From contig JBJMHS010000016.1 of assembly GCA_045807245.1 (NCBI GenBank), positions 41,952 to 105,951 of the forward strand: a stretch of DNA of 64,000 bases. The letters run 5' to 3'. Origin of the DNA: Actinomycetales bacterium (GTDB lineage: Bacteria; Actinomycetota; Actinomycetes; Actinomycetales; CAVURS01). The position numbers and the translations under genes are program-made. Below the pieces are notes generated by a model. The model searched no databases, was not told where the DNA came from, and was given only the letters and a program-made list of their open reading frames with translations. This document shows, piece by piece, positions 54,962-63,593 of the stretch (position 1 is its first letter; each line of letters begins with the position of its first letter).

Positions 54962-55747
54962 ATGCCGACCGCACTCGTGACCGGAGCGACCGCCGGGCTG
55001 GGCGCGGAGTTCGCCCGCCAGCTCGCCGCGTCGGGCCAGGACCTGGTGCTGGTCGCCCGCGACACCGCCCGCCTGGACGCCTCGGCCAAGGAGCTGCGCG
55101 AGTCGTACGGCGTCGCGGTCGAGGTGCTCGGCGCCGACCTGGCTGACCGCGACCAGCTGGGCCGGGTCGCAGCCCGTCTGGCCGACCGCGACCGCCCCGT
55201 GGATCTGCTGGTCAACAACGCCGGGTTCGCGCGCCGGACCGGCTTCCTGGCCGACGACCTGGCCGAGGAGGAACGCGCCGTCGACGTCATGCTGCGCGCC
55301 GTACTCGTCCTGTCGCATGCGGCGGCCCGGGCGATGCGCGAGCGCCGCCGTGGGCAGGTCGTCAACGTGGCGTCTGTGGCCGCGTTCGTCGCGATGGGGA
55401 CCTACTCGGCGACCAAGTCCTGGGTCGTGGTCTTCACCGAGGCGCTCGCACGGGAGCTGGCCGGCAGCGGCGTCACCGCGACCGTGGTCTGTCCCGGCTT
55501 CGTGCAGACCGAGTTCCACCAGCGGGCGAACCTCAACATGAGCCGCCTGCCGGACTGGGGCTGGGTCGACGCGGAGCAGGTCGTCCGCGAGACGCTGGCG
55601 GGCGCCGCCAAGGGGAAGGTCGTCGTCGTGCCCAGCCGCCGGTACGCCGTGCTGGTCGCGGTGCTCCGGTACCTGCCCCGCACCCTGGTCCGCCGGGTGT
55701 CCGCCGCCCTGGCGGCCCGGCGGCGCCGCGAGAGCGGCTCGGCCTAG
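54962..55747 (+). CDS. SDR family oxidoreductase
   Basis: TGATAGLG cofactor motif, NNAG and YSATK catalytic motif. Confidence 0.9.
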   Translation: MPTALVTGATAGLGAEFARQLAASGQDLVLVARDTARLDASAKELRESYGVAVEVLGADLADRDQLGRVAARLADRDRPVDLLVNNAGFARRTGFLADDLAEEERAVDVMLRAVLVLSHAAARAMRERRRGQVVNVASVAAFVAMGTYSATKSWVVVFTEALARELAGSGVTATVVCPGFVQTEFHQRANLNMSRLPDWGWVDAEQVVRETLAGAAKGKVVVVPSRRYAVLVAVLRYLPRTLVRRVSAALAARRRRESGSA

Positions 55748-58440
55748 CCGACAGAGACGGCAAGCACCCCGAGCAGCAGGTTGTCGCCGGTCGTGCGGAC
55801 GTCGATCGCCCCTTGAGCGGCCGGCCCGGACGGGGAGACGAACGACCTCACGTCGACCCCGAAGGTCAGCTTGCGTGGCGTGCCGTCGGCCGAAAGAGCG
55901 CCGATCGAGTACGACGCGAACGCGTCGCTGTTGGGGGATAGTCCGTCGCCAGGCGTCAGCGCATCGGCGTACGTCGAAAGGGTGTCGCCGTCGTTGCCCG
56001 CGTCCCCCTCCCAGGCCACCGCCGTCACCGACGCGGGGCCGCCCCGCAACCCCAGAGCGCTGCCGGACCAGGCCGACCGGCCCATCAGCTGCGGGCCGGC
56101 CAGCACGGTGACGTCGCGGGCGGGGTCCGTGGTCGCCGAGGTGAGAACCACGAGGGCCCACCCGCCGTACAGCTGGTTCTCGACCGTGCTCGACAGCGAG
56201 ATGTTGCCGGCCGTCCAGACCCCGGCCCCGCCCGTCGTGACCTCGTCCGTCACGTCCGCGACGGCGACGTAGCCGTCGCGTCCGCTGACCGACACGGGCG
56301 TGACCTGGCCGGCCGTGACCGTTACCGGTTTGCCGCCGGGTGCCTGCAGGTCCGCCGTCTGCTTGGCGGACGCGTCGAGGCCGCTCGCCGACCAGGTGAG
56401 CCAAGCGCGAACGACGCCCCCGTTGCCCGGCAGGGCGAGCGATGCGGACGCGGAGCTCGTCCACCCCGGGCCCCCGTCGTTGCGCGGGTAGATCCGCTTC
56501 CAGTCCCCGTTGGTCAGCTTGGCGCCGGACCGGTCGGTCTCGGCGGCGGCGCAGACGGGGTCCGGCTTGCCGGCCGGGTCCTGGCACGACATCAGCGAGT
56601 TGCCGGCCGCGGTCGTGACGTACGGACCGTGTGCGGCGAACAGCGCATTCATGCCGCCCGAGGTGGCCACGGTGACGGGCTGCGCCGGGATGACCGTCGA
56701 CTGCTCGACGCCGTCCGCGCTCGCGACGAGCGTGCCGGACAGCATGCCGCCCGTCGCTCTCGGGTCCACCGACACGGGTACGACGGCATCGGTGGTCCCG
56801 CCCGGGCCGAGCCGGCCGAGCTCGCAGCTGACGGCTGTCCCGGCGCCGCTGCAAGGCCCGCCGGTGGTGATCGCGGTGGTAGTGGCGCGGGACCCGGACC
56901 AGAGCGCAGCATGCTGGGCCGCCCGGGCGAAGGCCGGTGGTCCGACCTGTCCGGACGCGTTGAACGTCACACCCGGGGGCAGGTCGAGGTCGAGCCGCTG
57001 GGCCACCGTCGTGTGCCCGGGGTTCGTCGTACGCACGGTCACGTAGCCCGTGCGCCCGGCCACCAGGTCACCGACCGCGGTGACGCCGCCGTCCGTGCCC
57101 GGCGCGGCCACCTCGGCCGGTGGAGCCGTGCTGCTGGAGCTCGAGCTGCTGGTCGCGCTGGGCGAGGTCGGGCTGGGTGGGGCGGTCACCACCGGCGGCG
57201 CCGGCGTCGTGCTCGAGCTGCTCGGCGAGGTCGACGGGCTGCTCGGGCTCGGGGACGGCGTGGCCGTGGTGGACGGCTGGGTCGACGGGGTGCTCGAGGT
57301 CGAGCTGGGGGGGCGGTTGGCCGCCGTGCGGGTGCCGTTGCCGCCCAGCGACAGCACCACGGTGACGACTGCTCCCACCGCTACGGCACCGGCCAGGCCG
57401 GCCGCGCTCAGGATCTGCCAGGTAAGGCGCCCGGCGTTGGTCGCCGCACCCACGGCGGTACCGGCGGCGGTACTGCCGCCGCTCGCTGCGCCGCCTGCCG
57501 CGCCGCTCGCTGCGCCGCTCGCCGCGCCGCTCGCCGCGCCGCTCGCCGTACCGGCGCTGTGCAGCAGGGCCGCGCCGCCCGACTGCAGCCAGGCGAAGGC
57601 GGGGACCGCCTGCGGCCCGAGCGCGATGATCCCCTCCCGGTAGCCGAGGACGGCCGCGCCCAGGATGAGCGGGCCGATGACCGCGCGCATGCTCGATGCG
57701 GTGTCGGAGAGCTCCAGGACGGCCGCGCTGCAGCGCGCGCAGCCGCTCAGGTGGTCCTCGACGGCGGCCCGCTCGCGCCGCGACAGCGTCCCGCGGACAT
57801 AGCCGCCGAGGGATGGCCCGGCCTGCCGGCAGCCGGGGTCCGCGGTCTCGGCGACGTGCGCGGACAGGTACGCGTCGCGCAGCCCGGCCCGGGCCCGTAC
57901 GGCGAGGGCGGCAGTCGCGTTGGCACTGATCCCGAGCAACGGCGCGACCTGGGCCGGGGCCAGACCCTCGACCTCGGTGTGCCACAGGACGAGGCGCCAG
58001 CGTTCCGGCAGGGACGTGAAGGCGGACGAGACGATCGAGCGCTCGAGCTCGTCGGCCGGCAGGTCGACGAACGGCTGCCCGGGGTCGTGGGGGCTGAGGT
58101 CCCCGCTCGGCTCGGTCCGCCGTTCGGCCTTGATCCGGTCCAGGTGCAGCCGGCGCATGGTGCTCAGCAGGTAGGGGCGGAAGGCCGCCTCGGGCCCGGC
58201 CCCCCGCTGCAGCACACCCAGCACGCGGGTGAACGACTCGGCGACCAGCTCGTCGGCCTCGATCGGGTCGCGGGCCAGCTGGCGGGCCAGCACCCGGGCG
58301 GCCGCCACGTGCCGCAGGTAGAGCGCGCCGTAGGCCTCGGTCCCGCCTTCGCGGGTGTGCAGCAGGAGGACGGCGTCGGACGTCTCGTCCGCCGCCGGTG
58401 TACCGACCGTCTCGGCCTGCACGCGCTCTCCCCATCGCAT
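55744..58440 (-). CDS. Single-chain fusion of ECF sigma factor, zf-HC2 anti-sigma domain, TM segments, Ser/Thr/Pro linker and a large extracytoplasmic domain (898 aa)
   Basis: Sigma region 2 (ELVAESFTRVLGVL...RPYLLSTMRRLHLDR), region 4 (LPERWRLVLWHTEVEGLAPAQVAPLLGISANATAALAVRARAGLR), HLSGCARCS, hydrophobic segments (VIGPLILGAAVLGY; ILSAAGLAGAVAVGAVVTVVLSL), then an STP-rich stretch and about 480 aa of beta-rich sequence. Confidence 0.8.
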   Translation of the reverse strand: MRWGERVQAETVGTPAADETSDAVLLLHTREGGTEAYGALYLRHVAAARVLARQLARDPIEADELVAESFTRVLGVLQRGAGPEAAFRPYLLSTMRRLHLDRIKAERRTEPSGDLSPHDPGQPFVDLPADELERSIVSSAFTSLPERWRLVLWHTEVEGLAPAQVAPLLGISANATAALAVRARAGLRDAYLSAHVAETADPGCRQAGPSLGGYVRGTLSRRERAAVEDHLSGCARCSAAVLELSDTASSMRAVIGPLILGAAVLGYREGIIALGPQAVPAFAWLQSGGAALLHSAGTASGAASGAASGAASGAAGGAASGGSTAAGTAVGAATNAGRLTWQILSAAGLAGAVAVGAVVTVVLSLGGNGTRTAANRPPSSTSSTPSTQPSTTATPSPSPSSPSTSPSSSSTTPAPPVVTAPPSPTSPSATSSSSSSSTAPPAEVAAPGTDGGVTAVGDLVAGRTGYVTVRTTNPGHTTVAQRLDLDLPPGVTFNASGQVGPPAFARAAQHAALWSGSRATTTAITTGGPCSGAGTAVSCELGRLGPGGTTDAVVPVSVDPRATGGMLSGTLVASADGVEQSTVIPAQPVTVATSGGMNALFAAHGPYVTTAAGNSLMSCQDPAGKPDPVCAAAETDRSGAKLTNGDWKRIYPRNDGGPGWTSSASASLALPGNGGVVRAWLTWSASGLDASAKQTADLQAPGGKPVTVTAGQVTPVSVSGRDGYVAVADVTDEVTTGGAGVWTAGNISLSSTVENQLYGGWALVVLTSATTDPARDVTVLAGPQLMGRSAWSGSALGLRGGPASVTAVAWEGDAGNDGDTLSTYADALTPGDGLSPNSDAFASYSIGALSADGTPRKLTFGVDVRSFVSPSGPAAQGAIDVRTTGDNLLLGVLAVSVG
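57478..57550 (-). repeat. 15-bp tandem repeat, about 4.5 units, coding (GAASG)n inside the sigma/anti-sigma fusion
   Basis: Repeated CGCCGCTCGC(C/T)G(C/T)G units, translating as SGAASGAASGAASGAAGGAASGG. Confidence 0.75.
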
Positions 58441-58639
58441 TGCTGCTCAGCGCTCACGTTCCGCCCCGGGCGAAGCCCCCTCGTGCACGCCCGGCCAGTG
58501 TGCCTTATGTGGCGGGAGGGGCGCTCCGCACCGGCCAGAAAAAAGTTTGGCGGTTCCGCGTCACGACCGGCGACCTCGGCTGTCTCAACTGCGGGGGCAA
58601 GGGACCCCGGCAGGAGTCGAAGCACGAGGAGGCGTGACC

Positions 58640-59455
58640 GTGGAACGAGCACTGGACCTGGTCCAGGGGGGGCTCGGGTCGGTCATGCCTGCGACGCCTG
58701 CCGGGGTTGCCGGTTGGCCGGCGCTGGCGCCGGCGACCGCCTGGCTGCGGGTGGACTGGTGGCGACGGAGCAGTGCCGGGGGTTGGCCTGAGCCGAGCGA
58801 CTGGTACCACCCCGCAGTGGACGCGGTGTGCGAGCAGCTGATGGAGGGGAGTGACCCGGCGGCGGCGCTGGCACGGCTTGGCGCCGTGCGAGCGGCGTAC
58901 GGCGCCACGGTCACCGAGTGCCTGCTCGACGTCACCGCGCTCTGGGAGGCTCACGCCTCCGAGCCTCCGACCACGGAGGTGCTCGCCGCGGCTCTGGGGG
59001 GCTGGGGCGAGCAGAACGCCGTACCGCTGGCGGCCGATGTGTGGCAGGACCCGATGACCGGGCTGGCCACCACCGGGTACCTGCGGGGGCGGCTGGACGA
59101 GCTCTGCCGCGCGGGGACCTCGTGGCGGTACGTGTTCGTCGTGGTCGAGGCTCCACGTCAGGTCGCCCCTCTGGTCCGGGCTCGCCGCGCCGCCTCGCTG
59201 GCCGCGTGTCTGCGCGAGGCCTTCGACCAGGGGGAGACCCTGACGACGCTGGGCAAGACCCGGGTCGCCGCCTTGGTCCGCAGGGATGCGGTGAACCACG
59301 GCGTGGCCCGGCTGCGCGAGGCGATGGAGCTGCGGGAACGCATCCTGCCGCCCGAGGAGACGCAGGTCTGGCTGGCCGAGGTCCCGCCTGCCAGCGACGC
59401 CATCGCGCTCGCCGTCCTCGACCTCGCGGCAGCGACGGGTCCGCGGCTCGATTAG
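58640..59455 (+). CDS. Hypothetical protein with a degenerate GGDEF-like C-terminal domain
   Basis: SD AGGAGG at 58627-58632. GTG at 58640 has 7-nt spacing; GTG at 58634 is too close. DPMTGLATTGYLRGRLDEL resembles a GGDEF domain start, but no GG(D/E)EF motif follows (LGKTRVAAL instead). Confidence 0.45.
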   Translation: MERALDLVQGGLGSVMPATPAGVAGWPALAPATAWLRVDWWRRSSAGGWPEPSDWYHPAVDAVCEQLMEGSDPAAALARLGAVRAAYGATVTECLLDVTALWEAHASEPPTTEVLAAALGGWGEQNAVPLAADVWQDPMTGLATTGYLRGRLDELCRAGTSWRYVFVVVEAPRQVAPLVRARRAASLAACLREAFDQGETLTTLGKTRVAALVRRDAVNHGVARLREAMELRERILPPEETQVWLAEVPPASDAIALAVLDLAAATGPRLD

Positions 59456-59464
59456 CCTCGCCGC

Positions 59465-60010
59465 GTGACCGACGCCCGAGCTGCGCTGCTGCACCACATC
59501 ATCACCAAGGCTGTCGTCCGGGAGCGGGTCACCCTCTCCAGTGGACGCGAGGCCGACTACTACGTCGACCTGCGCCGGATCACGCTCGACGGCCGCGCGG
59601 CGCCGCTGGTCGGCCAGGTGATGCTCCAGGTCGTCAGCGGGCTGGACTTCTCCGCCGTCGGAGGCCTGACGCTGGGCGCGGACCCGGTGGCTGCCGCCAT
59701 GCTGCACGCAGCCTCGGCCGAGGCCCGGGTGCTGGACGCGTTCGTGGTCCGCAAGGAGGGCAAGGCGCACGGTCTGCAACGGCGGATCGAAGGCCCGGAC
59801 GTCGCGGGCCGGCGGGTGCTGGCGGTCGAGGACACGTCCACGACCGGTGGGTCGGTGCTGACGGCGGTGTGGGCGTTACGCGAAGCGGGCGCAGAGGTGG
59901 TGGCGGTGGCGGTGATCGTCGACCGCGCCACGGGGGCGCGCGAGGCGGTCGAGGCGGAGGGCCTGGCGTACTACTCGGCGTACGGCGTCTCCGAGCTCGG
60001 CCTGGGCTGA
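59465..60010 (+). CDS. pyrE: Orotate phosphoribosyltransferase
   Basis: FVVRKEGKAHG and PRPP-binding VLAVEDTSTTGGS. Confidence 0.9.
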   Translation: MTDARAALLHHIITKAVVRERVTLSSGREADYYVDLRRITLDGRAAPLVGQVMLQVVSGLDFSAVGGLTLGADPVAAAMLHAASAEARVLDAFVVRKEGKAHGLQRRIEGPDVAGRRVLAVEDTSTTGGSVLTAVWALREAGAEVVAVAVIVDRATGAREAVEAEGLAYYSAYGVSELGLG

Positions 60011-60060
60011 GCGCTGGCCGCTACGATCCCTTAACTGTCCGCCTAGGTCGGGAGCCTCCG

Positions 60061-60780
60061 GTGCTTTGGGTCGTCATCCTCCTCGTGCTCGTCGTACTGC
60101 TGCTGCTGTACGGCGTGCTCCAGTACAACGGGCTGATCCGCCTGCGCAACGTCGTGCAGGAGTCGTGGCGCCAGATCGACGTCGAGCTCAAGCGGCGGCA
60201 CGACCTGATCCCGAACCTGGTCGAGACCGTCAAGGGCTACGCAGCGCACGAGCGCGAGACGCTGGAGGCGGTCGTGCAGGCGCGGGCCGCAGCGGTGTCG
60301 CCCGGTGCCGGGCCGGCCCAGCAGGCCCAGCAGGAGAACATCCTGACCCAGGCGCTCGGCCGGCTGTTCGCTGTTGCCGAGGCCTACCCGAACCTGAAGG
60401 CGAACGAGAACTTCCTCGCCCTGCAGAACGAGCTGACCGCCACCGAGGACCGGATCGCCGCTGGGCGGCGCTACTACAACGCGAACGTGCGCGCGTTGAA
60501 CGTCAAGGTCGAGACGGTGCCGTCGAACGTCGTCGCCGGCATGTTCCACATCACGAAGGCCGAGTACTTCGAGGTCGAGGACCAGGCGCAGCGCGAAGCA
60601 CCCACGGTCAGCTTCGACCGATCCGTGCCGACTGCCACCACGCCCGGAGGAGTGGTCCCGCCGGCGTCCCCGCCCGCTCCGACGGTGGCCCGCCCGGCCG
60701 CGCCGCCGGCCGCGCCCTCTGCTCCGGCGGCGCCGCCGGCTGCCCCGGGTGCGCCGCCGCCGCCCGCACCGCCCGCCTGA
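60061..60780 (+). CDS. lemA: LemA family protein with a Pro/Ala-rich C-terminal tail
   Basis: GTG at 60061 with GGGAG 6 nt upstream. An N-terminal TM segment, then YNGLIRLRN...SWRQIDVELKRRHDLIPNLVETVKGYAAHE...AYPNLKANENF. Confidence 0.85.
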   Translation: MLWVVILLVLVVLLLLYGVLQYNGLIRLRNVVQESWRQIDVELKRRHDLIPNLVETVKGYAAHERETLEAVVQARAAAVSPGAGPAQQAQQENILTQALGRLFAVAEAYPNLKANENFLALQNELTATEDRIAAGRRYYNANVRALNVKVETVPSNVVAGMFHITKAEYFEVEDQAQREAPTVSFDRSVPTATTPGGVVPPASPPAPTVARPAAPPAAPSAPAAPPAAPGAPPPPAPPA

Positions 60781-60803
60781 ACCCTGCCGCCAGGCCGCCC
60801 CTC

Positions 60804-61607
60804 GTGCCGGACGACGTCTACACGCACGGCCATCACGAGAGCGTGCTGCGCTCCCACCGATGGCGTACGGCGGAGAACTCGGCCGCGTACCTGCTGCCGC
60901 ACCTGAGCCCGGACCTCGACGTGCTGGACGTGGGCTGCGGGCCCGGGACCATCACCACGGACCTCGCTCGCCTGGTCGCTCCAGGCCGGGTGGTCGGGCT
61001 GGACCGGGGTGCCGACGTGGTCGCGTCTGCTTCGGCGGACGGCGAGGCTGCCGGACTGGCCAACCTGTCGTACGCCGTGGGCGACGTGTACGGGCTGGAC
61101 TTCCCCGACGCGTCCTTCGACGTCGTGCATGCCCACCAGGTGCTGCAGCATCTGACCGACCCGGTCGCCGCCCTGCGTGAGATGGCCCGGGTCACCCGAC
61201 CAGGCGGCCTGATCGCCGTACGGGACAGTGACTACGAGGCGTTCACCTGGCACCCGGCCAGTGCGGGACTGGATCGATGGTTGGCGCTGTACCGCGAGGT
61301 CGCCCGGTCCAACGGCGCCGAGCCGGACGCCGGGCGGCGGCTCAAGGCCTGGGCGTCGGCGGCCGGCCTGACCGACCTGACGGCGTCGGCGTCGACCTGG
61401 TGCTTCGCCGCGCCGGACGACGTGGCCTGGTGGTCCGGCCTCTGGGCCGACCGCGTCGTGCACTCGGCCCTCGCGGAGCAGGCGCTGGGAGGCGGGCTGG
61501 CGACGGCGGAGGAGCTGCAGAGCCTGGGCGATGCCTGGCGGGCCTGGGGTGACGCGCCCGACGCGTGGTTCGTCGTACTCCATGGCGAGCTCCTCGCCCG
61601 CCCCTGA
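60804..61607 (+). CDS. Class I SAM-dependent methyltransferase
   Basis: VLDVGCGPGTIT, DASFDVVHAHQVLQHL and RPGGLIAV. Confidence 0.85.
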   Translation: MPDDVYTHGHHESVLRSHRWRTAENSAAYLLPHLSPDLDVLDVGCGPGTITTDLARLVAPGRVVGLDRGADVVASASADGEAAGLANLSYAVGDVYGLDFPDASFDVVHAHQVLQHLTDPVAALREMARVTRPGGLIAVRDSDYEAFTWHPASAGLDRWLALYREVARSNGAEPDAGRRLKAWASAAGLTDLTASASTWCFAAPDDVAWWSGLWADRVVHSALAEQALGGGLATAEELQSLGDAWRAWGDAPDAWFVVLHGELLARP

Positions 61608-61728
61608 CCCCAGCTTGCGTGCCCTCCGAAAGCCGCTTTGCCCTCCGAAAGCCGCTGCGGGGCAGTGATTTCAGCCGTTCGGGCGGCTTTCGAGGGGCAA
61701 AGCGGCAGTGGGAGGGTACGACGGGTGG
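61608..61728. repeat. Copy 2 of the palindromic intergenic element (core inverted relative to copy 1, with an internal arm duplication)
   Basis: CCCTCCGAAAGCCGC at 61622 and 61641. GCGGCTTTCGAGGGG at 61683 is the exact reverse complement of the copy-1 left arm. GGAGGGTACGACG at 61711 can pair with CGTCGTACTCC (61571-61581) inside the upstream CDS. Confidence 0.7.
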
Positions 61729-62388
61729 TCAGGTAGCCCGGGCCCGGCGGTGCAGGAGGACCGTGCCCACGACGGACCCCGCGATGGCGACGGCCGCCAC
61801 GAGGTACGCCGCGTGCCGCAACCAGGGCGTCGCGTGCGCCCAGTACCCGAGCAGGACCAGCCCGGAGCCCCAGACCAGGGCGCCGGCCAGGTTCGCGCTG
61901 AGGAACGCGGCGTACGGCATGCGCGCCGTACCGGCCAGGATCGGGGTGAACGTGCGCAGCCACGGGACGAACCGCGCGACCACCACGGCCGACCAGCCCC
62001 AGCGGGCGTAGAAGGCCTCGGCCCGCGGCAGCGCGTCCCCGAGCCGGCCGCCCCGCCGCTTCAGCCAGGGCCGGCCCAGCCGTGCGCCGGTCCAGTAACC
62101 GACGACATCGCCGAGCACGGCGCACAGAGCGACCCCGATCGCCAGCGCCGGCACCGACAGGCGCCGCGACGGGTCGGCCGCCAGCAGACCGGCCGTGAAC
62201 AGGACCGTGTCACCAGGAAGGAAGAACCCGACGATCAGTCCCGACTCCACGAACACGAGCGTGAACACGAGGGCGTAGATCGCCCCCGCCGCCAGGCCGC
62301 TGAGGTCCGGATGAAGGACGTTGACAGCCGGCAGCACCCGGCCAGTCTGTCCGGCACTGCTGTTCCGCGGCCCCGATCTGCCCAGCAA
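61729..62388 (-). CDS. dedA: DedA family membrane protein
   Basis: FVESGLIVGFFLPGDTVLFTAG ... RFVPWLRTFTPILAG. The start is uncertain (TTG 62388 or GTG 62337). Confidence 0.85.
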   Translation of the reverse strand: MLGRSGPRNSSAGQTGRVLPAVNVLHPDLSGLAAGAIYALVFTLVFVESGLIVGFFLPGDTVLFTAGLLAADPSRRLSVPALAIGVALCAVLGDVVGYWTGARLGRPWLKRRGGRLGDALPRAEAFYARWGWSAVVVARFVPWLRTFTPILAGTARMPYAAFLSANLAGALVWGSGLVLLGYWAHATPWLRHAAYLVAAVAIAGSVVGTVLLHRRARAT

Positions 62389-62410
62389 GTGGGCGCATAG
62401 GGGCCGCAGG

Positions 62411-63427
62411 TCAGGAGGACGGGTGGCGCGGAAGCTGCAGCTCGTGCGGTGTCAGCCCGAGCCGGACCAGGCGGCCGGTGTCGACGTGCAAGGTTTCCAG
62501 CCGGCTGCCGTTGCCTGAGTTCACGACGAGCAGCAGCGTGCGTGCGTCCGTCCACTGCGCCTGGCTGATCTGGCTGATGGTCGGCGCGATGCGCTCGGTC
62601 AGGAGGTACTTGCCGTCCGACACCCGACGTACTCCCACGAAGCTGCCTCCCATAGACCACAGCACACCGAGGGAGTGGTCGGGCGAGAGGACCAGTGCCC
62701 ACTCCTGGTTGGCCCGTTCGTCGGCCCACGGACCCTTCGGCCGCATCGAGGAGGGCTCCATCACGAATGCGCCGGTCGACGGAGTCCACCGCACCTGCTT
62801 GCCGGAACCGGACCCCTCCAGAAGAACGTCGTGGCCGTCGAACGCGAACGCTTGGTTCCCGGCACCACCGACCAACGGCGGCGACAGTGTGGTCAGGCGA
62901 CCCGACGGCAGCGTCCAGATCCCGTACTGGGGTTGGCCGCTCAGTGACGGGAGGAACAGGCCCGCCACCATCGTGCCCTCGGCGTTCACGGTCTCGCCCG
63001 CGCAGGTGCCGGCCAGCTGGACCAAGGGACCGGTGGGACCGAGGAACCAGGTCGCGCAGCCGCGTCTGCCGTTTGTGTTCCGCCCGAGAGCGACGATGCC
63101 GTCACCAGCTCGATAGAGATCGTGGACGCGCCACGTGCGAGGCACCGTCGCACTCCGCCCTCCGACGTACAGGGTCCGCCCGATCGCGTACGGCAGGGCG
63201 CCGAGCGCGAGCAGTGGGGACTGAGCGGAGTGGGCGGACGAGATGAGCTTCCCGGGGATCCCGCCGGCGGGCAGCGTGAGACCGGTGGGGCTGGGCGTCG
63301 GGCCTGGGGTCGCCGTGACGGCGGAGGTCCGCGGCGTTGTCGCGTGTCGGTTCGTGCCTCCGGACGTGCATCCGGCGAGCAGGACGAGACCGATGACGAC
63401 CGCCGTACGACGCGGTGCCTGGTTCAT
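62411..63427 (-). CDS. Lipoprotein of unknown function (beta-rich, possibly propeller-like)
   Basis: ATG at 63427. Lipobox VIGLVLLAGC. Confidence 0.6.
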   Translation of the reverse strand: MNQAPRRTAVVIGLVLLAGCTSGGTNRHATTPRTSAVTATPGPTPSPTGLTLPAGGIPGKLISSAHSAQSPLLALGALPYAIGRTLYVGGRSATVPRTWRVHDLYRAGDGIVALGRNTNGRRGCATWFLGPTGPLVQLAGTCAGETVNAEGTMVAGLFLPSLSGQPQYGIWTLPSGRLTTLSPPLVGGAGNQAFAFDGHDVLLEGSGSGKQVRWTPSTGAFVMEPSSMRPKGPWADERANQEWALVLSPDHSLGVLWSMGGSFVGVRRVSDGKYLLTERIAPTISQISQAQWTDARTLLLVVNSGNGSRLETLHVDTGRLVRLGLTPHELQLPRHPSS

Positions 63428-63593
63428 GCGCCGGCGAAGACGACGTCGTTGCTGGGCAGGGTGAGCGACGGTACGCCGGGACAGCAGAATGTCGCGAACT
63501 CGGCGTCCCGATCGGCTCGCTCCACCCGGCCCTCCGACTCGTCCCACTGGCTTAGACGCGTCGGGACCCTTGTGGGTTGCCCGGCTCGGTGGT

